NCBI RefSeq assembly: GCF_947568905.1 | Contig: NC_079171.1 | Location: 8,866,001 to 8,930,000 of the forward strand | Reading direction: 5' to 3' | Length of the DNA: 64,000 nucleotides | DNA from: Ostrea edulis | Lineage: Eukaryota | Part shown: positions 1 to 12,441 of the stretch, in pieces | Numbering within the stretch: the stretch's first letter is position 1 | Layout of the letters: each line of letters starts with the position of its first letter | The notes under the pieces: model-generated | The model's input: only the letters and a program-made list of their open reading frames with translations | What the model was told of the DNA's origin: nothing | Databases searched by the model: none | Made by a program: the position numbers and the translations under genes

Positions 1-330
1 TGTTGCCCTATTAATGCTCTAAACTATGGATGAAATGCTAGAAACATAGAATCGCCCATGCTTCGTGGTTTGATATGATTTATATTCAACGAGTTATGTG
101 TTTTCTATCCGTGAGCCACAAACCATGAGATAGTCTTTTTATCACATGTTAACCCCCTACGGCTATTCATTTACGTCATTGTATTGTTGGGAATTTTAAT
201 ATCCGACATCAAATGTACGTTTTTGTGACGTCACAAACGGCGCATGAAAACACTGTAATAATTAGAATTTATGCAATGGGTTGTATACACTGGATAAAGA
301 CATAGGCATGTGAAAAATGTAAGTATGTAA
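1..330 (+). repeat. Intergenic block X, diverged duplicate of 14922-15240
   Basis: Shared strings such as aaactatggat, atttatattcaacgagtt, ttatcacatgttaaccc and the palindrome TTTGTGACGTCACAAA occur in both places. Confidence 0.8.
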
Positions 331-369
331 TCGTGTGCAATAAGAAAAGTCAAACTTAATGAAATTCGC

Positions 370-545
370 CACCCCCAACATTCTTTCTTTAAAATGAAGG
401 ATTTAATGGTTTCTTTCTCGGGTTGGATGCTTAACTTGTCCGTGTATGTTCAGATCTGGTTGTTCTTAATCAGTGGGTCACAGTCAAATAATTTGATAAA
501 CTTAAAGCATTGGGGTACTGGGCCAGTAGGATTTATCTTCAGTTG
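370..545 (+). repeat. Intergenic block Y, diverged duplicate of about 36945-37150 (upstream of TRIM-d)
   Basis: Shared acattct..ctttaaaatgaagga and gggtcacagtca.ataattt.ataaacttaaagcatt. Confidence 0.7.
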
Positions 546-744
546 ACGGGCTCCTTCGTACGTTTATCTAAGATAACTGATTATAGTGGTGATTTGTACC
601 TGATCTCCTTGAGAATGTGCAGAAGTAACACCATCCAAAACCTATATTACCATGAAAGTGAAGAATATGCTGTAAACATATTCTGTAAACCCACGACTTA
701 CAATAAACGTGTTCATCTAAAATTGGCGTACCATAACTGAGTGT

Positions 745-1000
745 TCATTTAAAATCCGCATACCAAAACTGAGTCAGGTCACCGATCAGCTGATTTAGGA
801 CACAGTAAACCTTTATAGCTAGTGTTATATTGTTCTTGTAATTGCTAAATGGTAACACGTCAAACTATGTGTCGAGATGATATACATTTTTTTAAAGACA
901 ATCATGGATGGAATTCATATCGGTTGGTTCTTCCATTTTCTGAACCCGCTGTAAATAAATTAACAAGAGGTTGGTCGTGTTGAAAAAGTGTGTACCATGT
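745..1000 (+). repeat. Partial copy of the repeat found at 4436-5640 and 50144-51430
   Basis: aaactgagtcaggtcaccgatcagctgattt...agtaaacctttata is shared by all three. Confidence 0.75.
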
Positions 1001-1467
1001 TTCCAATTCTTTTAGAATTAAAGTATCATTGCAGATATCCCAGCGTTTATAATTCGATGTGGTATATGGCTATTAAACAAGTTGAATATTGTAATTTATA
1101 TTCAAGTAAAGTCTGAATTTTAAATCTTTATGGTTGTGTTCATTTCATGCATGGATCCATCAATTCATGAAAGGTTTTAACATTGAATAATAGTTTTTTA
1201 CAAAAATGATGAATGTTTAAGAGTCGGCGATGGGATAGTAGATAATGGTTATCAAAGTGAAGATAAATTAAAGTAGAGTTGATTGCTTTCAACTTGAAAG
1301 AACCTAGTTCTTATAATATATGGTCTTGAGTGAAGATCCTGGCGACGAAGAATCAATTAATACAGTGAATTTGACTGGAGTTCTTGATAAACATTGACAT
1401 GAAAATGGCGAATCTTAATCCCATACACCCTGTAAAGAATACTCAATTGAGAACAGGGTATAAATGG

Positions 1468-1545
1468 GTCCCTCAAAGCACCAGGCATGGGATCAGGTGC
1501 CCGGGAATAGGCATCGACTGTTGACCGGTCACACCCGCCGTGAAT
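1468..1545 (+). mobile_element. Fragment of interspersed repeat family A (probably retroelement-derived, abundant in oysters)
   Basis: gggatcaggtgcc...ctgttgaccggtcacacccgccgtga matches 21470-21521. Confidence 0.7.
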
Positions 1546-2227
1546 CATGCATCTTATTTTGCCATGTTCTTTCCTTTATGTCGTTGTTGATAATGAATGC
1601 ATGTACAAGTTATTTGGTGTGCATGCAGTGTGGTTTAGTGTGATTAGCATTGAGGGTTTTATGCATTATCCTGTACAAAAGTGTCATACTTTTAATATAT
1701 TTAATCGACTTTTGAAAAGTTATTTACAAGTTACCTGATCCAATGGAATGAATTGAACTCAATATGAAAAAATATTATAAAGGTATTAATGTAAACAGAT
1801 GTTCTATTGATGATTTCTTGTAAAATTTGCATTGTATATTCAACTAGCATTACAATGGAACCAACTTGACAGTTAATTTCACAGTTTTCTGCACAAAACA
1901 CTGTGTTGAATTATTCATGGGAATTAGTTAACCGCTGAAATAGGGCCGAAAATGGCGTTAAAACAATATTCAATCAAGAAAATAATCTCGTAAATCAAAT
2001 ATTCATTTTAAGAACGTCTTTAAATTGAATGTCATCACTGTATAACACTTTCGCTAGATAACTATGTGGGGAAGTTTGCAGAAGAAGACTTGAGAATTTG
2101 AGTGTGACTTTGTTTTACCAACATTATAGTTATACAGATTATATATGTTGTTTATTGTATGTTAAATTGGAATTAAAATTGTACATTAGCAATTCCTTTA
2201 GGGTTTACAGTGCTATGTTAAGAAATG

Positions 2228-2339
2228 AAACTTATAATTCTTTATTTGATACATGCATCAAACGCGAAGCGCATTGATGAAAAAGTGTTCCGTTCAATTT
2301 TTCGTTTGATACATGCATAAAATAAAGAATTATAAGTTT
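2228..2339. mobile_element. Small inverted-repeat (MITE-like) hairpin
   Basis: AAACTTATAATTCTTTATTT (2228-2247) is the exact reverse complement of 2320-2339. Confidence 0.65.
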
Positions 2340-2990
2340 TATTTCATATCATTTACTTATACTTTTAAGATAGAACAAAAAAAAATTTCTTATCGAAAAG
2401 CTTGAATTAACGTTTTTTAAATGCCGCGTAGAATGAAACAACAACAAAAAATGGCTGTGCGTTCGGGTGAGGTAGAGTTACTGTGCAGAATTAAATAAAT
2501 TATACGCAATATTAAAGGTGTAACGGCTAAAAGCTGCAATAGATAAAAAGGAGGAGAACAAGTGGTGACTGGATGCATGCTGTATTGCATTCGAGACGTT
2601 GAACACTGGTTATATCGTAGGAAAGGTGGAATGCGACTCGGCTCCATTTCAATATTAAGTAGAAAGCTCAACACCTCTACATATAAATTGCGCTCGTTGA
2701 CTGAGCCCCATACATATAACGCAGTTCAATTTCATTAATATTTACCAAATCAAAAATCGCTGCTTGCTCCGTCATGTTATCAAAAGCGTAAAGCAGTTGA
2801 TACAAACCGTAATCTGTCTGGGCTACTTCTACCAGTCAGTGTCCTACGTCATCAAGTTGATTATTCTACCACGTCATTACTAGGCCCATGTTTGTTGTTT
2901 CTTTAAACTAATTTGTATTTTATTCACATATTTGATTGTGTTTATTTTTAGTAGCATCAAACGAATACATTTCCTTAACAATGCATGTGT

Positions 2991-3000
2991 GGAAATTCCC
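2991..3000 (+). promoter_or_regulatory. Candidate Rel/NF-kB site
   Basis: GGAAATTCCC matches the kB consensus, about 870 bp upstream of TRIM-a; single motif match only. Confidence 0.3.
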
Positions 3001-3867
3001 ATTCTATAAATAGCGCTAAAATTAGAAAGGCCGTTAACAGGGAAGACGCATTCCAGAGAAAAATAGTCCAGCGTGCTCAGTGCAGATGAACTCCGGACGA
3101 TTTTTTTACTAAGAAATCAAATGAATTTTTCATGCAATGAGCATCGTTGTTAAGTCATCACTTTAGAAGTTATTAAATTATTATGAAATCAAAATCATAG
3201 GAAGATATTTACAAAATCGAAAGTTAATATCAATGTTGCACTCCACCATTCGCAATATCAATTTAGCAAATGCAATCTTCACACATACATATCTATATCT
3301 CAATAGAAGACATTACATCCTGCTTCAACATTATTTTTGAATTATCAAACTCAAAAGTTGGAGAGGAAGTAACATTTTCTATTATTCATATCGACTGTTC
3401 AGTGCAGCATGTCGTAATAAACGTTTTTAGTTCTTTCAGTACTTTGATTGACGTTGAAATATCAATAATTAACTGTCACAAGTATCACTACATTAGATTT
3501 GTTATCTGAATTCAAACTCTCAACCCACCAGCCCCATTGACGCATGTTTCACACAGGTTTCCATGTTCCTGAATAGTTTACTTCCTGTTACATATTAACA
3601 TCGTATTCCTATCCCATGACCCATGATTTTTAGTGCGATAGTATTGTCTTATCATATCATGTACTTCGATATTTTGGACATTTAGACTCTAGATCTACAA
3701 GAATGACAGTGAATATATGTTTATGTAATTGTTCGTCATTGTAACGTCAACAATCAACACATCATTTACAGACATCATGAAGTGTTACTTTTGTATCGTA
3801 ATATTTAGGACACCAAGGTTACAACGGGTACGCTGAATTTAAAATGAAAACGAATTGTAATATAAAG

Positions 3868-4437
3868 ATGACAACAGATCTTCGGTGGAGGAAGTTCAAT
3901 TCGTCGAGTACACATTCCTTCTGTCACGGGTGTTTATCTTCCTACATTGTTAATGTTTGTAAATCTACGAAGCCTCGTTTGGGAACTAATTGTCTTTTAT
4001 GCCGTGAGTATATTTCCAGTATTGGCTCGTTCGATAAGCCAGGCGACGGGACAGGGCTCTTTTCTTTGAATACTATTTTAGAGAAAATCGTTGAGAAACC
4101 TGATAAGAAACTGTGCGATCCTTGTTTACGAGGTAGCTAAAATGAAAATGCTACCGGAGTTTGTCATGTGCTAAATATGTATGCAAAATATGCACCAAAC
4201 ATCACAACGGGCAATTGCTCTCGAGCGAACATACCGTATGTCAACTAAACGAGATAAAATCCGGAATCAAATTTACTGCATCGGCAAATATCTGCAGCTG
4301 TCTAGAACATCAAAAGGAAACAATCAAATTATTCTGTAATGATCACCAGCAGTTCTGTTGTTCAGTGTGTATAGGAACAAAACACAGAAAATGTGAAACT
4401 GTTGATATGCCGAAGATGCGGTAAAGCACATGAAATA
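3868..4437 (+). pseudogene. TRIM-a: truncated, degenerate TRIM pseudogene (partial RING, B-box1, B-box2)
   Basis: THSFCHGCLSSYIVNVCKS, CDPCLR and FCNDHQQFCCSVCIGTKHRKCE match the other copies; first CxxC deleted, stop at 4138-4140, frameshifts, ends at the start of the coiled coil. Confidence 0.9.
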
Positions 4438-5640
4438 AAACGCCTTCTCCATCTTAAATTAAACTGTTATGAAAAATGCCGACTGCTGAGCGTTTGAATC
4501 GAAAACGGAAAAATAAAAAAGATATGCAGGTCAAATCTTACAAGATGATGGCATCATTTTTCAACAGGTTAGCAAAATTTAAACATGTTAATCTAAAATC
4601 GGCATAACGAAACTGTGTCAGGTCGCCGATCAGCTGATTGAGGACACAAATGCCAAATAGTAAACCTTTATACCTATTGTTATATCGTTCTTGTAGTTGT
4701 AATTGCTGTATACTAAGTAAAAAGTTAAAATATGTAAATTCGTAAAATGTGTGTAAATAATATATATTTTAAAAAAAAAACATGCATAGATGATATTCAG
4801 ATTGGCAAGTTCCACCATTTTCTCAACCCGCTGTAAAGGGATTAACAAGCGGCTGCTCGTGTTTACAAAGTACTCGTATGTATATAAACATGAGATGATA
4901 TTTATCTTTTCCCTCTTCTTTTAAAACTTCTTATGTAGCTCGGGTTTTGTAATCCTTGTTCAGTGGAGTAGGGTATCTGACGTGTTCCAGTTGTTGCACT
5001 TCCTCCCCTTTCTTTGGAACATTTCCATTCATGAGATTGATCACTGTTTGGTCTTCCTCTGTTTAAAAATTGATCATTAAAAAGATATATGAGATGATTC
5101 CTCTTCCTACGCACCTGATCTCACCTCTGGTGTGTCCAGGGGTCCGTGTTTGCCCAACTATCTATTTTGTATTGCTTAAAGGAGTTATGATATTGATCAC
5201 TGTTCGTTATCTTCGCCTTGCATGCAAACTATCTTCTGGTGTGCTCACTCCAATGGGAAACATCAACACCAAGTGATATTTATCATTTCTCTCTATAAAG
5301 GTTTTTAAGTATCTCGGATTTTTCAATATTCAAGAGTGCAGTGGGAGATCTGAGGTGTTTCAAGGATTACACCCCTCTCCTTTTCCTTGGAATATTGTAA
5401 TTCAAAATGGTTACATTGTCTTATGACAAGGATCGCGATTCTCTCTTTTGGGCTGAAAACTGGTTGAGGTGCAATGATTCCCATGAAAAAAGTAGATACT
5501 GGACACAGACGGATTATGATGTATCTAGAGATATCTAGATCAAGACTGACGTAGAATGTTTCTAAGGAGACTGTAAAATTAGATTAGGATATATCTAGAT
5601 CAAGACTGACGTAGACTATTTCTATCGAGGTTGTAAATTA
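4436..5640 (+). repeat. About 1.2-kb interspersed repeat, second copy at 50144-51430
   Basis: Colinear matches from aaaacgcc..c...catc through ttagattaggatatatctaga...atcgagg; the two copies carry different secondary insertions. Confidence 0.8.
5095..5222 (-). mobile_element. Repeat family A fragment (reverse), nested in the 4436-5640 repeat
   Basis: cacctgatctcacctctggtgtgtccaggggtccgtgtttgcccaac; absent from the 50-kb copy. Confidence 0.8.
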
Positions 5641-5859
5641 AACGTGAAAGTGTTATTTTTCTATATCTAACAGAATGGATGGAATTAACAACGGTTTGCA
5701 TTAAGATGGGTAGGGACAGGGAGACGCGTCTTTGACCTGAGCTTTCTTTTATGTTATAAAAGTATTAGGAAATATCTTGGTTCATGAGGTGTTTCATCCC
5801 TATGTTTCCATATAATAGCTCTAAAACTTAATTGTTATTTCGGATTTCAAACATTTCGG

Positions 5860-5912
5860 TTGAGCATCACTGAAGAGACGTGATTTGTCGAAATGCGAAT
5901 CTGGTGCATCCA
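5860..5912 (+). ncRNA. Type I minimal hammerhead ribozyme, catalytic core intact
   Basis: Stem I GCATCA/TGGTGC, CTGAAGA, stem II GACG/TGTC, GAAA, short stem III ATGCGAAT, AUC triplet; predicted cleavage after 5901. Confidence 0.75.
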
Positions 5913-6209
5913 AATTGGTACCGTAGAAGTTCTACATTATGACCCCTGGGTCGAGGCCTCTGCTGGTGAAATGTTAGTCCCCGAGGGTCTCTACAGCTCA
6001 GTAGCTAAGTACTTCGTTACTAGCTTGAAAATACGGATGTATATTTAATTGCTGTTTCAAAATGTAGAAATTCATTTCAAAATTAAGGATTATCTCCCTC
6101 ACGCAAAGCTCTGATCCTTAGACGAATTTGACTCCACTTTTTTGACACACTGTTTTTCCATATAATAGCTCTAAAACTTAATTGTTATTTCGGATTTCAA
6201 ACATTTCGG

Positions 6210-6262
6210 TTGAGCATCACTGAAGAGACATGATTTGTCGAAATGCGCAGCTGGTGAATCAA
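6210..6262 (+). ncRNA. Hammerhead motif, probably inactive (U16.1 replaced by G)
   Basis: CTGAAGA-GACA/TGTC-GAAA-TGCGCA-GC instead of -TC. Confidence 0.65.
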
Positions 6263-6559
6263 AATTGATACCGTATAAGTTTTACATTATGACCTCTGGG
6301 TCGAGGCCTCTGCTGGTGGACTGTTAGTCCCCGAGGGTCTCTACAGCCCAGTAGCTAAGTACTTCGTTACCAGCTTGAAAATACGGATGTATATTTAACT
6401 GCTGTTTCAAAATGTAGAAATTCATTTCAAAATTAAGGATTATCTCCCTCACGCATAGCTCTTATCTTTACACGAAGTTGACTCCACTTTTTTGGCACAC
6501 TGTTTTTCTCTATAATAGCACTAAAACTTCATTGTTATTTCGAATTTCAAACATTTCGG

Positions 6560-6611
6560 TTGAGCATCAATGAAGAGACAAGATTTGTCGAAATTCCATC
6601 TGGTGCATCAA
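6560..6611 (+). ncRNA. Hammerhead motif, probably inactive (C3 replaced by A, stem III altered)
   Basis: ATGAAGA-GACA/TGTC-GAAA-TTCCA-TC-TGGTGC. Confidence 0.6.
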
Positions 6612-7439
6612 AATTGGTACCGTATAAGTTTTACATTATGGCATTAAGTGCAGTTCAAAAGTGCAGTGATTTTTTTTCCTTCATTTTCAACTAATCTAAC
6701 TTAATATTTTTTTTTCTTTTTTATGTCAAAAATAACACTCTTCGTAACACTCCTTGTTCCATAAGACCCATGCCTCAACACAGTGAATGGTAAATATCTT
6801 AAATGGAACTTGGGTGAAAAACGTGAATATTTATACATGGAGATTTATCTCGCACAGACATTTAAACAAGAAAGAGTACTGTCTTATGCAATAAAATAGG
6901 TCAAATACAAACATACACTGAACATTTCATTTGTTTATCAATATTATTTCAAAAATTAGTTGGATTCGAAATTTAAACTTGAGCCTATTCTTACTGGACA
7001 TTTGCGCTAAGAGATGACTTTTACAATGAACGGTTATCTTGGAAACGAACTTGATAAATGGAAACCTTTTTGGTGATACTATCAAACGGGGTATATTCTA
7101 TTGGGTTTGAATTTACTATATTCGCGATTGTATTAAAGATCGCGAAAAAATGCCCATCACAAAGTGTTGTTCATAGGGGTATGAATCCATCTAAAGGTAA
7201 TGGTTCTAACTTAGTCTATGGACTGTACTTGATATTGAACATATAGAGCTATGAAGTTTATTATTTAAAAGACCGAGGTAAGGACAAAGTAATGTTTAGT
7301 ATGTGCATTCATTATATATTAAGTACATTTAGAAACAAGTTTGTTAACTTGTTTGTCAAACAAAAAACTGTATAAAACATGTACAAAGTAGCAATTAATA
7401 TTAGTACGGGTGGTTATACCCCTCAGCACACAGACAAAT

Positions 7440-7950
7440 TTAAATGCCAACACATACAAATGCACTTTTGATCAGATAATTTTGTTTTGATAGACACTCG
7501 ACAGCCTGCACAAACCACTTAGCATACAGGAGTTTAACCAAAGATAATTTCAAGTCAATTTCTAGAACTACAATATAGGACCCATCTTTAAGATTTCGTT
7601 CGACTTGACTTGCGTAATGGTTTTGAAATTCTGTTTTGAGCAAATAATTAAAATCACTATTAATTTGTATATCAAGAGATTGGAGGCGGTCAGTGCAGAT
7701 TTCGGTACAAAACAACTATAATGCCCTTTTCATCAAGAAGTTTAAAAAGTGTTTGAACGCCCTTTAAAAAGATAAAAATTGCAAAGTTCTTCTTTATTCA
7801 AGGAGAAGTCAGGCTCGGCAAAATATGTTTTCCACATAACGAATCAGTTTAGAACGTTCTCAAATTAATTTCATTCAGTCAGGAAATGATGACGAAGGTG
7901 GTATTTTTAGGAGTCCCTTGGTAAAAAAGAACTGATAGTGAAGTTGATAT
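7440..7950 (-). mobile_element. pogo/Tigger-type (DDE_1) transposase C-terminal fragment, degenerate
   Basis: Minus-strand translation LLDEKGIIVV..CTDRLQSLDIQINSDF..LLKTEFQNHYASQV...IDLKLSLVKLLYAKW...GI resembles the LQPLD region of DDE_1 transposases. Confidence 0.7.
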
Positions 7951-8135
7951 CTGGCTTTTGTCGTCATATCCTTTAATTGGGATTTGTTTTGAACCTGTAA
8001 AATGCTTTAATTTTTAATATATTTGTCATTTACTAATTTAAGACTTTAAGAAAAGTACAAAACTATTTCTCATTTAATATTTCGTAAATTATTTAATTAG
8101 TAGATGACATAATGATAAAATCATAAAAAAAGATA

Positions 8136-8370
8136 CCGCATAGCGGGGATTTTCCGCGAGGTGATAAATTTGGTTTATTTTAGCGGTTAAATAGCTTTCC
8201 ACCAAAATTTCACTCGCCAACCATGCACTCAATTGCGACTACAGTATTTGCAAGAGCGATATAACTTCCTTGTCCGCCAAAACTTATTACACAAAAAGTA
8301 TTAGTATTAGCATATCTTTGAACCAGTAATCGCTAAATTTCAAACCCGCGAAAAAAAAACCGCTAAACGG
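8136..8370. mobile_element. Tc1/mariner-type MITE
   Basis: TA flanks both ends; imperfect TIRs CCGCATAGCGG...CGCG and CGCG...CCGCTAAACGG. Confidence 0.6.
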
Positions 8371-11300
8371 TAACTGCGGAGTTATTGTTGAAACAAGATT
8401 TTACCTGCTCGCTCTATTGTCCATTACCCACATGGAATGATGCTGACACCAGTCCGCTTCCAATTAATTACAAGTGAGCCAGAAATGTTATGTTTTTGGC
8501 TTTAGAGTAAATTCGTTCAACGTCAGTTGGTAACGTATTCATGCCTTTGGTGGCCTTCCGCTCTCTAAAACTCATTCTGGAGAGTGATGATTTTATCCTA
8601 TCACTATTAATGGTGATTCAGACAAAATGTTCTTATATTTGATACATAAAACCCCCTGCATCTGTCATCAAAATTGTGTATTAACAACACTTTTAGACGC
8701 ACATGTCTGAAATCATCGTATTTCCCCAAATTCAAAGGACGTCGATGGGGAGAATACTCCTAACTGTAATTTTGTTTATATTTATTTGCAAAACCATATG
8801 TAGCTTTTGATGGTCCATTATCAATGTATATTTAGTTATTCTTAAACTTGTCTCAGGCGAATGTGTATCATATAATCCCTAGTTACGTTTTCTCGACAAA
8901 ATCCTGAGAACTTTTTCTCCAAAGAATCATTGTGCACGTCTGTGATTCCTTCATCTTCAGGGTCGTCTATCTTGCGAGGATCAGGGTAGAATTGACAATG
9001 GAGGAGCACTAACCCCTGGGGGTTGTTCTTCCTGAACAAATGTGGAAGCGACATCAATAAACAGATGTAAATGACCTCTTGAATTCGAAAATACTAGTGA
9101 ACAAAACTCAAAATTTCAAGTGACAATTTTTATCTTAATAGCTGAAGGGAAAACTCATATTATCAGCAATAGTGAAAACTTATCCGAAGGTAAAAACGTA
9201 TGCAGCATGTTTTATAGAAAACAGGGGAGGTAATCCTAGTAAACATTGATTAGGGAGTAAAGACGACCTATTCGAAGGTGTTAATCCGCGACATTCAAAC
9301 CATCGTGAAACATCGAAGGACAAAACTTGCAAAAATTAGTCCTGCAAAATTAAAGCCCCTTTAGCACATACTCAGATATAAAGTGTAGCTAGGTAACTGA
9401 TGCATCATGAACAAATGAAATATCAATTTTAAATGCTGGAGAATGTAGGAGTGTATCCATTCAATCTTTAACTACGCTGATTTCGTGCATCTAAACGTTG
9501 AATCTTGGGTTGTACCCATGTGATCGATGCATATACGTACACATTCATTTGTATTTACATATCCTACTGCTTTTTCTGTGATAGCCTTTGAATCTTCAGA
9601 CTAATTATCTTTCTGTGAACAACATTTTGTAAATCAGCGCGTTCCATAATCTCTTTTGAAATGTACACGGAATGTGATGGGTATTTCAAATGCACTAAAT
9701 GTGTGTAATGAGTGTCAAGTGTTATCTATATGTGGGGATTATTACACTAGGAAAGTCATTTTATGTATAACGACGGATATCTAAGTAGTAAATGATGGGT
9801 GGATTTCAGGATTTCAGGTCGGTCTCTGATATTGCTCGAGCTACGCTGTCTCTTAACCTCGAACTCTCAAGGCCTGAGAATGTTTTTCCCCTCAGCATTT
9901 TAGTGATATTCGTCTAGTCTCTGTAAGTTGTCTGGTTTACAGTTGATATTTGTTTACGAGTGTCTTTCTGGTGTTGTTCAATGTATAGAAAATAACTTTG
10001 ATATTGTAGTTTTTAGGAAAAGGGAAATTGAGTCATTTCATAAAACTTTATTTTTCCTTTTTCAAATTTAGGTTAACATTTTGAATTTTGTAAATGATTT
10101 TTCCAATTGGTAGACGGGTAGTTCTCAGTGTATGCACATGGATTCACTGTGTTACGCCTTTGACATGTTCAGTTTTGTTAAGTGTGGTAACACGAATATT
10201 ATAATTAATTTTTCTTCAGAATATATATGTGTAGCTTCTTATCTTTAGCTCTTCAACAAAACACGGAGGCGGACGAGAGCTACCTTTCAGAAAAACCGTT
10301 CCTGCACTTCACAGAAAATTACACTAACTGTTGAATCGGCAAAATCGCTATATCCTTGGATCGCCGTCTCAAAGAACTAATACAAAAACTTCTTATATGT
10401 TTCCTCGATAAATTTGTGTCCAAACTCACCTCCAAACATTCATTAAAGTCTCTTGTCAACCGAACACACGCCATACCTTCAAAGCATTTCGTTTGTAGAC
10501 GCTACCATGCTAGTCAGCAGTCAATTAGAACCCTGCTGATCTTTGTATCTATCCATTGTATCCAATATGTACGTATTCGGTGTTCATTTATAATAAACAC
10601 AAACACTGGACATAAAATACGCGAATGTTTGGACACAAGTGTAGTGGGGAAAATGTTGGAAATCTTTTTTTATATTATGATATGGCGATGACAAAATACA
10701 GAGATATAAGCCCTCAATCGCGCTGTGAATTGAAGGATTTTATAAAGAGTTATTTACCAGAGAGCTACATATCTGAAGCTAAATAGATATATATGTGTTT
10801 CCGAACTTCTTGTACGTTTAGAATGTTTTGTGTTGTATATGTGTGGATGACTGAATAAAGCTGTATGACAAATTTATACATTTTGTAATAAGCAAACCAC
10901 AAAGAATTTCTTCACACAACATTTATTCATATAATGACAGTCAGGGTTTATCATCATGCCTTTACAAACCCACCTAACTCGACAGTACGGGTATTTTATC
11001 TACCATTTACTCACACATCTACTCTAATGTGCATTCATTCAAAGATAAAAAAGAGGAAAAGGGATAGAAAAGAATGAAGTTTCTCTGGCTTATGTTATGT
11101 ACAGATTAATGTTAATCTGATAGGTTGTCAAGTGTACATGTATATCAAATGTACTGTTATCGCATTGATAATACCTTAAATACACTAATGCTAATGTATA
11201 CAAGTACATATATCTCCTACATCATATAAAACTATAAATCCATGTCACGCATTCCATTTCTTCTTAAAAACATCAACATAATCATTTTTAAATGCTAACT

Positions 11301-11429
11301 GCCTTTCTACGTTGTACACAGTTGTGCAAGTGTTAACAAAGTTTTTCAACAAATGCGGATTGAATCTACATTAAAATAGCTAAAATAGATCTAGCAATTT
11401 ATCGTTATTTCGGATTTCAAACATTTCGG

Positions 11430-11482
11430 TTAAGTATCACTAAAAAGACATTATTTGTCGAAATGCGTATCTGGTGCATTAA
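11430..11482 (+). ncRNA. Degenerate hammerhead motif (core CTAAAAA), dispersed copy of the 350-bp family
   Basis: Same flanks (gttatttcggatttcaaacatttcggtt) as the 5.8-kb array, but the core is mutated. Confidence 0.55.
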
Positions 11483-12405
11483 AATTGGTAACGAATACGT
11501 TTTACATTTGCAACAATATACAAAATACTTTGAATAATAAGTAATCAAACCAAAAAATGAAATGGTCAACATTTCATTTTTTGAGATAAACAACAACTGT
11601 TGTTTTTTTTTTTTTGTTTTTTTTTTTTTGATCAACAACATTTACTGTCAAAAAATCCCTAAACTATAAACTTATATTCGATTCATAATAATGCATTGAC
11701 GTTGGAAAACTAAAACATTAATCGTGATATATTTTCCATATATGTATGCATGCAAAAAAACAACAACAAACAGCTGAATTAATGGCCTTGTGGGTTTATT
11801 TTAACTCAGGCAAATCAAATAGTTTCAAATGGTTTAAAACGTAACGGGCCTACCACAATACTATACCAACCATTCGACATTGAATATGTTTAACGATTTC
11901 CTGCTTCAATACAATACGGAGATTTAAATGTCCAAGTCAGCCGTTGAATGTACGAGTCAGTCCTCCTCGCAAAACTTCAATAATTACTGTTGAGGCCTGG
12001 ATATTTAAATTATATCTACATTCGCCACCGTTTACTATTAAAAAGCGCCGATATTTCGAAACCTGCATGTAGATCAAACGTTAATATTTCTAATCTCAGA
12101 AGAAGAACACCTTAACTGTCACTCACGTATCGATAGATTGAAGCAGAGACTGTTTTTATTTCATTTACTCTTGCCTCACATAGGCTTCCATGTTCATGAC
12201 ACTATACTTTCTATTAAGGGTCTACACCACAGTCTTGTCCCGTGACCCGTGGTACAGTGTGAATGAAAGTTTTCTCCCATAATCTCTTTCCACAGGAAGG
12301 ACAGTGAAATTATTAGTTTGGTATGTGCTTGACAATAGTTCATTTATAGACATTACGGTGTGTTCCATTTGTTTTCGAAAATTTAGACGCCGATTCGCCG
12401 GATTT

Positions 12406-12422
12406 GAAATGAAAACGAAAGT
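12406..12422 (+). promoter_or_regulatory. IRF-binding element / ISRE upstream of TRIM-b
   Basis: GAAATGAAAACGAAAGT fits GAAANNGAAA; 19 nt upstream of ATG 12442; conserved in paralogues. Confidence 0.6.
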
Positions 12423-12441
12423 TGATTTGTCATTTATAAAG

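Larger units (their letters stand above)
5803..6640 (+). repeat. Tandem array of about 2.4 x 350-bp units, each with a hammerhead ribozyme motif (Penelope pLTR / non-LTR retrozyme-like)
   Basis: Equivalent core positions at 5870, 6220 and 6570; units are highly similar. Confidence 0.9.

Noticed and set aside
222-237. Perfect CRE-containing palindrome TTTGTGACGTCACAAA (also at about 15138)
   Set aside because: Lies inside duplicated block X, kilobases from any gene start; no independent support for function
10356-10691. 111-aa ORF, and other 60-110-aa intergenic ORFs (for example 44539-45155 and 57645-57905)
   Set aside because: No recognisable motif or paralogue; many use non-AUG starts; consistent with chance in AT-rich DNA
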